Below are positions 1 to 6,028 of a stretch of 10,313 nucleotides of DNA, in pieces. The notes below the pieces were generated by a model that was not told the DNA's origin, searched no databases, and was given only the letters and a program-made list of their open reading frames with translations. The position numbers were made by a program, and so were the translations under genes. The stretch's first letter is position 1. Each line of letters opens with the position of its first letter. Source of the DNA: Armatimonadota bacterium (GTDB taxonomy: Bacteria; Sysuimicrobiota; Sysuimicrobiia; Sysuimicrobiales; Humicultoraceae); assembly GCA_052386995.1 (NCBI GenBank), contig JBQTJP010000212.1, forward strand, positions 1 to 10,313, written 5' to 3'.

Positions 1-152
1 CGTATGTGGCGGCCATACCGTTTTTCCGCAACACGCTGCTGGGTGACGCGCTCTACTCGGCGGCGCTCTTCGGAGGCTTCGCCCTGGTCGAGTCGGTCGT
101 CGCCGCACTGCGCGAGGATCGCGCCGCGACCACCCGCCGGCAAACTGCGTGA
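1..152 (+). CDS. 3' end of a DUF6580-family putative membrane transport protein (partial, runs in from the window edge)
   Basis: Not in the ORF track. Frame 3 translated by hand: [49 protein letters not shown]. The Y-x-A-(A/G)[14 protein letters not shown] motif followed by a hydrophobic helix is characteristic of DUF6580 proteins as I recall them. Stop TGA at 150-152 overlaps the next ATG (TGATG). Confidence 0.75.
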   Translation, partial: YVAAIPFFRNTLLGDALYSAALFGGFALVESVVAALREDRAATTRRQTA

Positions 153-1015
153 TGCGGCGATCCGCCGTTGCGGCGCTCCTGACCGCCGCGGTCCTTGCCG
201 GACTGGAGGCCAGTTGGTGGTCTGCCCGCGGCGTCGCGCCGGAGCCGCACGCTGCGGCCCTCGGTGCGCCCGGCGCCGCGGCGCCCGCGCCCTCTGCTCT
301 CGCCGAGAGCGGGATCACAAGCGCCGAGAGCGGGCAACCCGCGGCGATCCTGCCTCCTCTTCGTCGGCCGCCGGTAGCGACGGCGCGGCTGCCGGCAGGA
401 GTGGAACGACGCCGGCCGGCGGCGGCTCGGCCCAGTGAGCGCTTGATGCGGGAAGTGCAGGCGGGTCCTCGAGAGCCTCGCGCGTCCGTGGATGACCGTC
501 CCGCATCAGAACCGGCTTCAGACAGCAAGTCGCGCGCACAAACGCTTGCTAGAAGCGCCGCGGCACCGGCCTCTGCCATCGCGGCAGCGGGTGATCTCGA
601 TCCCGGTCGTCGCCAGCAGACCCCGCCCCAGCCGGCGGTGTCCGAACCACCGCCGTCGGCCCCCATGCCCGCGCCTGCGGCGTCTCAGCCAGCGACGGTG
701 GTTCTCACGCCCCCTGTGCCGGTTGAACTCACACCGCCGAAGCATCCCCAGCCCTACCGGATGGTCGTCGATGCGCCAGGTCTCGCGTCCGCCGCGCGCC
801 TCGAGGCGGTCGAGGCCCGGGTGCGCCTGCGGCTGGTGGTTCGGGCCGACGGCCACGTCGCTCGAGTCGAGATCGCGGCATCTTCGGGGCGCGCCGAACT
901 GGACGAGGCCGCGCTAGACGCCGCACGGCACTGGCGGTTTCTAGCGGCCCGCCGTAACGGCGAGCCTGTCGACAGCGTGGCGCTGATCTGGGTGGCATTT
1001 GTCGTTGGGCCGTGA
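152..1015 (+). CDS. tonB: TonB-family energy transducer (N-terminal TM anchor, Pro/Ala-rich linker, TonB_C domain)
   Basis: N-terminal hydrophobic segment (AVAALLTAAVLAGL) and a long Pro/Ala-rich linker. C-terminal domain EARVRLRLVVRADGHVARVEIAASSGRAELDEAALDAARHWRFLAARRNGEPVDSVALIWVAF matches the TonB_C pattern (G-x-V-x-V...SSG...LD-x-AA-x-x-A-x-x-x-W-x-F-x-P-A...G-x-P-V). ATG 152 (or GTG 149) is coupled to the upstream stop. Confidence 0.88.
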   Translation: MRRSAVAALLTAAVLAGLEASWWSARGVAPEPHAAALGAPGAAAPAPSALAESGITSAESGQPAAILPPLRRPPVATARLPAGVERRRPAAARPSERLMREVQAGPREPRASVDDRPASEPASDSKSRAQTLARSAAAPASAIAAAGDLDPGRRQQTPPQPAVSEPPPSAPMPAPAASQPATVVLTPPVPVELTPPKHPQPYRMVVDAPGLASAARLEAVEARVRLRLVVRADGHVARVEIAASSGRAELDEAALDAARHWRFLAARRNGEPVDSVALIWVAFVVGP

Positions 1016-1455
1016 ACGCCCAGAGGCGGCGCGTCGTCCTGGCGATCGATCCCGGCCGCGAGAAGTGCGGCGTCGCCGTCGCTGAGCGTGACGGCGTGCG
1101 CGATCGTGCCGTCGTGGCTCCACAGGCGTTGCCGGACCTGGTGCGCGTCTGGCAGCGGCGCTACGGCGTCACCGACATCGTCATCGGCAACCGCACCGCG
1201 TCGGGAGATGTCGCGCGGATGCTGCAGGGCATCGTGCCACTGCCCCTGAGAGCGATCGATGAAGCGGGGACCACTTTGCGTGCGCGGGCACGCTACTTCG
1301 ATGACCACCCGCCTCGGGGGTGGCGGCGGCTGATCCCGCGCGGCCTGCTGACACCACCCGAGCCCTACGATGACTACGCCGCGATACTGCTGGCGGAGGC
1401 CGCGCTGGCGGAGGTACCCGCCGCCGGAGAGGGCGAGCGCAGGCCGCCGCGATGA
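1012..1455 (+). CDS. YqgF/RuvX-like RNase H-fold nuclease (putative pre-16S rRNA-processing nuclease / resolvase-like)
   Basis: Motifs VLAIDPGREKCGVAV, IVIGNRT, IDEAGTTLRARARYF, PPRGWRRLIPRGLLTPPEPYDDYAAILLAE are typical of the cyanobacterial/Negativicutes YqgF-like subfamily. GTGA start/stop overlap with tonB. Confidence 0.85.
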   Translation: MNAQRRRVVLAIDPGREKCGVAVAERDGVRDRAVVAPQALPDLVRVWQRRYGVTDIVIGNRTASGDVARMLQGIVPLPLRAIDEAGTTLRARARYFDDHPPRGWRRLIPRGLLTPPEPYDDYAAILLAEAALAEVPAAGEGERRPPR

Positions 1456-1462
1456 TACAGGG

Positions 1463-1492
1463 TTCTCAGATGCTTCCCAGACCGTGTACACT
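1463..1492 (+). promoter_or_regulatory. Possible sigma70-type promoter for the beta-propeller gene
   Basis: TTCTCA (1463-1468), 18-bp spacer, TACACT (1487-1492), in the intergenic gap. The -35 is a weak match. Confidence 0.35.
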
Positions 1493-1567
1493 ATCGGAGT
1501 GCGCCGGAGCATCGAACGACGTGCGCGTCGCCAATCGGCCAGAAGCGGCTTCTCAGCGAGGACCCCA

Positions 1568-2911
1568 ATGAGTCGAACCGGTCATGAAGCGTCCACGACT
1601 ACCCTGCGGTGGATGGCCAGAGTGGTCTTCCCTCTCGTGGTTATCGCTACCGTGGCGGCAGGGGCTTCACCACTTGGCGCCCAATCGGCGGCTATATGGT
1701 CGTTTGGAGGCTATAATCTTCAGCGCGTCAACTACACGCCAAAGCAGGGCAGCCTCACCGCGCCGCACGTCGGCTGGCGGCTCAACTTCGAGACGACAGC
1801 CTCGCCCGCATCCGTGTCGCCGCCGGCCGTGGCCGACCTGGACGGTGACGGCCAGGTCGAACTGATCTACGGCGAGGGCGTTCGTCTCGTCGCGCTGGAG
1901 CGGCCCTGGCAACGGCGGCGCTGGGAATTTTCCGTTCAAGCAAACGGCGGAGTCATCCTGATGACGCCGGCGGTGGTCGATGTGGACGGCGACCGGCGAC
2001 CCGAGATATTCTTCGCGCCCTACCAGGCCGGTGGGTCATCCACCTTCTACCGGATGAACGGACGGGGGCAGTCCGTCTGGTCGTTTCAGACGCGGGCCTA
2101 TACTAGTTACGCCAGCCCTGCCGTGACGGACCTGGAAGGGGACGGCCGGTTTGAGGTGATCTTCGCCGACAACCAGGGCAACGTGTACAATTTGGATGCC
2201 GCCACCGGCCGGGTCAAGTGGATCTACGCGATGGGCGGACACGCCGACATGAACGCCCCGGCCATCGTCGATCTTGACCGGGACGGAAAGCGGGAGATCG
2301 TCATCGGCAATCACGGCAACGGGGTCATCCACGCTCTGGACGCCGAGGGCCGGGTACGCTGGACGTACGGGACGGGGAGAGACGGGTCGATCTTCGGCGT
2401 CTCGGTTGATGACGCCGATGGAGACGGTGTGCTCGAGGTTTACGCGGCAGATTGGTCCGGCGCCGTGCATTCCCTGACGCCCCAGGGCCGGCTGCGGTGG
2501 ACCCACCGCACGAGCGGGCCGGTGACCTCTTACAATGGCCTGGCCATCGCCGACCTCGACAGGGACGGCACGAAAGAGATTGTCTATGGCATCCAGGACG
2601 GGTCTGTGCAGGCCCTCTCCCCGGCGGGTCGAGTGGTCTGGACATTCCAGCGCCGGGGACACATTAGTGGCTCGGTGCTGGTTGGCAACCTCGACCGATC
2701 CGACGCTGCGCTGGAGGTCTTCGCGGGCAGCCACAATGGCTCCGTCTACATGATCGGGGCGCGAGGTCAACTGAAATGGGAGTTCCAGCCGGGCGGTCGG
2801 CTTGCCTACATGGGCATTACAGCGGAGGACATCGACGGTGACGGTCAGGTCCAGGTCCTGATCAACAACGATGAGAATCTGTACAGTTTCTCGCGGCCTC
2901 CAGCGCGCTGA
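1568..2911 (+). CDS. Secreted FG-GAP/VCBS-repeat and PQQ-like beta-propeller protein (8 repeats)
   Basis: GAGGA RBS at 1558-1562 before ATG 1568 (alternative ATG 1613). Signal-peptide-like segment VVFPLVVIATVAAGASPLGA-Q. Eight D-x-D-x-D-G-type repeats: DLDGDGQVE, DVDGDRRPE, DLEGDGRFE, DLDRDGKRE, DADGDGVLE, DLDRDGTKE, NLDRSDAALE, DIDGDGQVQ. These alternate with G-x-x-x-W PQQ-like motifs. Confidence 0.88.
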   Translation: MSRTGHEASTTTLRWMARVVFPLVVIATVAAGASPLGAQSAAIWSFGGYNLQRVNYTPKQGSLTAPHVGWRLNFETTASPASVSPPAVADLDGDGQVELIYGEGVRLVALERPWQRRRWEFSVQANGGVILMTPAVVDVDGDRRPEIFFAPYQAGGSSTFYRMNGRGQSVWSFQTRAYTSYASPAVTDLEGDGRFEVIFADNQGNVYNLDAATGRVKWIYAMGGHADMNAPAIVDLDRDGKREIVIGNHGNGVIHALDAEGRVRWTYGTGRDGSIFGVSVDDADGDGVLEVYAADWSGAVHSLTPQGRLRWTHRTSGPVTSYNGLAIADLDRDGTKEIVYGIQDGSVQALSPAGRVVWTFQRRGHISGSVLVGNLDRSDAALEVFAGSHNGSVYMIGARGQLKWEFQPGGRLAYMGITAEDIDGDGQVQVLINNDENLYSFSRPPAR

Positions 2912-2923
2912 GCCGGCGAGGAC

Positions 2924-3601
2924 TTACGTCGGAAACGCGCGATCGCGCAGGAGCGAAATGGCTGCGGCAAGGAGGCCAACGTAGAGCATCGCGACCCCCA
3001 GGTACTGCACGGCCTTGGGCAGTGCGAAGAGGCCGGCAAACGGCCGGGTCAGCGCGCGAGGAAAGAACGGGATGATAAACGGCACGCGCTCCCGGTACGC
3101 CCGATACTGCGCCCCGAAATGCCGCTCGTTCTCACCCTCCTCGTAAATCATCAGCGCGAGGTACGTGCAGACCGCCGTGACCCAGGCCACGACCGCGATC
3201 GGGCGCGCCCCGAGCAGCGAGAAGCCCGTGAGCCCCATGAAGATGCCGAGATACTGAGGGTGGCGCACAACCGCATAGGGCCCGGTCGTCACGAGTCCGG
3301 CACGGTTCCTGATGGAATAGAAGTATATGTAGGATGCGATGAACAGAACGAACCCGACGATGATCAAGCCCCATCCTACGTCGATAAGCGTGGCCCGCAC
3401 ATCGCGGGACATCCAAATGGTGTGTGTCACCAGCCACTTCGTCTGTGGAAACAAGACAAACGGCGTCCAGGGCGAGTAGATCGCGACGAACATCCCCACG
3501 GGGAGGAACATGCCGCCTTGAATCGCCAGGACGAGCACGGGTGAGGCGATGATGACCGGGATGGCGACGAGGACGGACCGGAGGACTTTCTTCATGCCCA
3601 T
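2924..3601 (-). CDS. Isoprenylcysteine carboxyl methyltransferase (ICMT)/PEMT-family integral membrane methyltransferase
   Basis: Multiple TM segments plus the family signature LVTTGPYAVVRHPQYLG...EE...FGAQYRAYRERVPFIIP. Start chosen at ATG 3601 (or 3595) behind an AGGTG RBS-like element. The ORF-track extension to 3691 is hydrophilic and probably spurious. Confidence 0.85.
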   Translation of the reverse strand: MGMKKVLRSVLVAIPVIIASPVLVLAIQGGMFLPVGMFVAIYSPWTPFVLFPQTKWLVTHTIWMSRDVRATLIDVGWGLIIVGFVLFIASYIYFYSIRNRAGLVTTGPYAVVRHPQYLGIFMGLTGFSLLGARPIAVVAWVTAVCTYLALMIYEEGENERHFGAQYRAYRERVPFIIPFFPRALTRPFAGLFALPKAVQYLGVAMLYVGLLAAAISLLRDRAFPT

Positions 3602-3622
3602 GAGCCTGATCACCTGGGGTTG

Positions 3623-3640
3623 AGAAAGACTTTCTAAGTC
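3623..3640. promoter_or_regulatory. AT-rich overlapping palindromes, candidate repressor operator
   Basis: AGAAAG-A-CTTTCT (3623-3635) overlaps GACTT-TCT-AAGTC (3628-3640), about 20 bp upstream of the methyltransferase start, in a GC-rich background. Confidence 0.45.
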
Positions 3641-3667
3641 ACGGGGCTCGTCTTTTCGGTGTTTGCT

Positions 3668-3797
3668 CAGGCATTCCTGCCCGCGTCCCACGGGCGGGTG
3701 AGAAGCCTGGCTCCTGGGAGACCGTCCACCCGGGCGGTCTGGGTGGGACGTGGGGCTCCTGGAAGGCTGCCCGAGGGGCGGCCTTCCAGGAGGAGTC
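3668..3797 (+). ncRNA. Candidate structured RNA (three hairpins plus pseudoknot), family unassigned
   Basis: Stems 3676-3683/3691-3698, 3719-3727/3732-3740 and 3756-3772/3776-3792. Loop CGTCCCA (3684-3690) is perfectly complementary to TGGGACG (3744-3750). Each stem has a G-U pair that works only on the + strand. Confidence 0.45.
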
Positions 3798-4127
3798 TAC
3801 CGCCCTCCGTCGAAGGGCATAAGCCGGCTAGTGACAGGCCAGCCGCCCGTTGTCGGAGCCTGATTCAATAAGGGGGGCGGGGTGGTACGTTTCTCGTCGT
3901 TTGATCGAACGGCGCCACTCCGACAGCACCCCCAAGGTTCTATCACCGGCAACTGGGGTAAACACCTAAGTATCGCTACGCGTCAACCGCCGCCGCGGCC
4001 GAAGCGGCATCGCGGGCCAGCCCGGAGAGGAGGAGTGTGACCAGGGCAGGCACCGAAGTGGCGGAGCAAGGGCCGAAGGGACCGATTCAGGGTGGAAGAG
4101 GAAACACGCTCACTCGCTCCGCCCTAT

Positions 4128-4169
4128 GTCGGATCTCCCAGGCCTATCTCACAACGAAGGGAGATCGAC
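4128..4169 (+). promoter_or_regulatory. RBS-sequestering stem in the porin 5' UTR
   Basis: GTC-G-GATCTCCC (4128-4139) pairs with GGGAGATC-GAC (4159-4169), covering the GGGAG Shine-Dalgarno upstream of ATG 4176. Confidence 0.45.
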
Positions 4170-4175
4170 CCAACG

Positions 4176-5888
4176 ATGAAGCAGATTGCTGTCCTTCTCG
4201 CAGCACTGCTCTCGCTGGCTCTGGTTGCTCCCGCGCTGGCACAGCCGTTCGCTGACGTGCCCACGGATCACTGGGCATACGACGCGATCGCTGAGCTGGC
4301 GGCCAAGGGTCTCATCGAGGGTTATCCCGATGGGGCTTTCCGGGGCGACCGGGCCATGACACGGTACGAGATGGCCATGGTGGTCGCGCGACTGTTGGCG
4401 CGCATCGAGGCCATCAAGATTCCACCGTTACCTCCAGACCTGGCACGCCAGAAGGACATTGCCGCTGTGCGGGCGGCCCTCGCGGCGACCGACAAGCGCT
4501 TGACCGCGAAGCTGGCGACAGTCCAGCGGCTGGTGGCGGAGTTCCGGGCGGAGCTGGCGGCCCTCGGCGTGCGGGTCACCGCGGTCGAGGAAGAGCTGGC
4601 AGCCATCCGGGCACGACTCGACAACACCCGGGTCACCGGCGACCTCCGCATCCGATACAACGTGTACGATGCGGGCTCGGTGAGCGGCGGCGGAACGTTC
4701 CGGGCTCCCGATGCGCGCATCCGCATGCGCGTGACGTTCACCGGGCGTATCTCACCCAACACCGAGGCGGTCCTGCGGATCTGGGCGGCGAACAACACGG
4801 CCTGTGACTCGGAAACGACGGGCCTCCCGCGCGCGTGCGGCAACTTCGACGTCCGCTTCGGCAACAACTACAACTACGGCGTCGTGTCGTTCGACACCGC
4901 CTACGTCGACATCCGGAACACCTGGGGGGCAAACCTCTGGCGCGTGGGCCGGCAGTTCATCACGATCGCCGGCCAGGGTCCCTTCGGGACGGGTCTGCTC
5001 TATGACCCGGCGAACAACCTGGGCACGGCCGCGTTCCTCGCGACGCCGATTATGGGCGGTGTGGGCTCGACCGGCCTGAGCGATGGTCTCCGCGGCGACT
5101 TCGTCTGGGGTCCCATCAACGTCCGCCTGGGCGTGTTCCGCAGCGCCATCCTGTCCACAGCCGCACCAGTTGCGGGCGTCACACCCGGCTTGGGTAGCGG
5201 CCCCGCGCTCGATCACAGAGTCGTCGAGGTCACCAGCCGCTCGTTCATTCCCGGCTGGACGCTCAGCGCCGTGTACTACCAGGCCTGGCAGCACCCGAAC
5301 TGCTCCGGCTTGAACTGCTCGGGCGGTACGGGTTACAGCGTGGGTCTGGCCGGTACGCTGATTCCGGGCTTCAGCCTCTACGCCGACATCGCGTGGTGGG
5401 GCAGCATTCCCACCGTGGGCGCGGCGCAGCTGGCAAACGCGACCGCCTACCGCGTCGGCCTGAACATCAACCTGGCGTCGATCACCGGGATGACAACCTG
5501 GAACCCGAACATCGACGTCGAGTACCACAAGTTCGGGCCGCTTCCCGCGGGCGGTATTCCCCCGACCGAGAACTACGCGACCACCATTCTGGGCCAGGTG
5601 TTCTCCTGGAACATGGATGGGTATTTCGTCCGGCTCAACCTGACGTTCAGCCCGACCACCCGCGGGTTCATCATGTACGAGTCCGGCAACGTGCTCTGCT
5701 CTACAGCGGCGTGCACGGCTGGCGGCGGGACGTTCAACGAGTGGTTCATCCGCCTGACCCACACGCTCCGTCCGAACACGACCGTGCAGTTGAACTACTT
5801 CAGGGCTACCAACGCCACGATCGGGTCGGCGGCCTTCGGCGGCGACTACGTCAACTTCTACCGGGCTGAGCTGCTCTACAACTGGTAA
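4176..5888 (+). CDS. S-layer homology (SLH) domain outer-membrane porin, OmpM/SomA/SlpA-like major envelope protein
   Basis: Signal peptide MKQIAVLLAALLSLALVAPALA-Q. Single SLH domain PFADVPTDHWAYDAIAELAAKGLIEGYPDGAFRGDRAMTRYEMAMVVARLL. Coiled-coil stalk LVAEFRAELAALGVRVTAVEEELAAIRARLDN. Amphipathic beta-strand-rich barrel starting at RVTGDLRIRY and ending in an aromatic beta-signal (YRAELLYNW). AAGGGAG RBS upstream. Confidence 0.92.
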   Translation: MKQIAVLLAALLSLALVAPALAQPFADVPTDHWAYDAIAELAAKGLIEGYPDGAFRGDRAMTRYEMAMVVARLLARIEAIKIPPLPPDLARQKDIAAVRAALAATDKRLTAKLATVQRLVAEFRAELAALGVRVTAVEEELAAIRARLDNTRVTGDLRIRYNVYDAGSVSGGGTFRAPDARIRMRVTFTGRISPNTEAVLRIWAANNTACDSETTGLPRACGNFDVRFGNNYNYGVVSFDTAYVDIRNTWGANLWRVGRQFITIAGQGPFGTGLLYDPANNLGTAAFLATPIMGGVGSTGLSDGLRGDFVWGPINVRLGVFRSAILSTAAPVAGVTPGLGSGPALDHRVVEVTSRSFIPGWTLSAVYYQAWQHPNCSGLNCSGGTGYSVGLAGTLIPGFSLYADIAWWGSIPTVGAAQLANATAYRVGLNINLASITGMTTWNPNIDVEYHKFGPLPAGGIPPTENYATTILGQVFSWNMDGYFVRLNLTFSPTTRGFIMYESGNVLCSTAACTAGGGTFNEWFIRLTHTLRPNTTVQLNYFRATNATIGSAAFGGDYVNFYRAELLYNW

Positions 5889-5910
5889 CCGTACGGCAGC
5901 TCCTTCGCTG

Positions 5911-5949
5911 GCCCCTCGGGGAGAGATCCTCCCCGGGGGGCATTTTTAT
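5911..5949 (+). terminator. Rho-independent terminator of the porin gene
   Basis: GCCCCTCGGGGAG (5911-5923) / CTCCCCGGGGGGC (5929-5941) forms a 13-bp stem with one G-U pair and a 5-nt loop, followed by ATTTTTAT, 22 bp after the stop. Confidence 0.88.
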
Positions 5950-5963
5950 GGACCCCTGGGGAG

Positions 5964-5992
5964 GTCACAGGCAGCCGTCCCTCGTGTACAAT
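5964..5992 (+). promoter_or_regulatory. Probable sigma70-type promoter for the small lipoprotein and possibly pyrDFE
   Basis: GTCACA (5964-5969), 17-bp spacer, TACAAT (5987-5992), immediately after the terminator and 36 bp before ATG 6029. Confidence 0.5.
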
Positions 5993-6028
5993 GGCCAGGC
6001 ACAACGTTTCTTCGTGGGGTGATCACAC

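Noticed and set aside
1370..1567. N-terminal extensions in the ORF track (1370 for the propeller; also 3691, 4092 and 7091 for other genes)
   Set aside because: They overlap neighbouring genes or non-coding elements and precede clear signal peptides or family N-termini. Downstream starts have better RBS or coupling.
1820..2860. Recurrent GACCTGGACGGTGACGG-like DNA repeats as a possible CRISPR or tandem array
   Set aside because: They are degenerate, in-frame and encode the DxDxDG protein repeats. There are no identical repeats with unique spacers and no cas genes.
3676..3752. HDV-like ribozyme or tmRNA interpretation of the pseudoknot (GTCCCA/TGGGAC)
   Set aside because: No P3/L3 or P1.1 elements or catalytic C-containing J4/2 in the right order. 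No tRNA-like ends or tag reading frame.
3828..3869. - strand frame reading IESGSDNGRLACH*, resembling the SDNG motif of IS3/IS481 integrase cores
   Set aside because: Only four residues match, a stop follows almost immediately, and there are no other DDE motifs or terminal inverted repeats.
3659..3871. 70-aa + strand ORF over the structured region
   Set aside because: No RBS, low-complexity Arg/Pro/Gly composition and no GC3 codon pattern. The sequence is better explained by base-paired structure.
4041..4070. CCAGGGCAGGCACCGAAGTGGCGGAGCA, resembling SRP RNA helix 8
   Set aside because: It lacks the GNRA tetraloop and the correctly placed AGCAG of the symmetric loop, and there is no long enclosing SRP helix.
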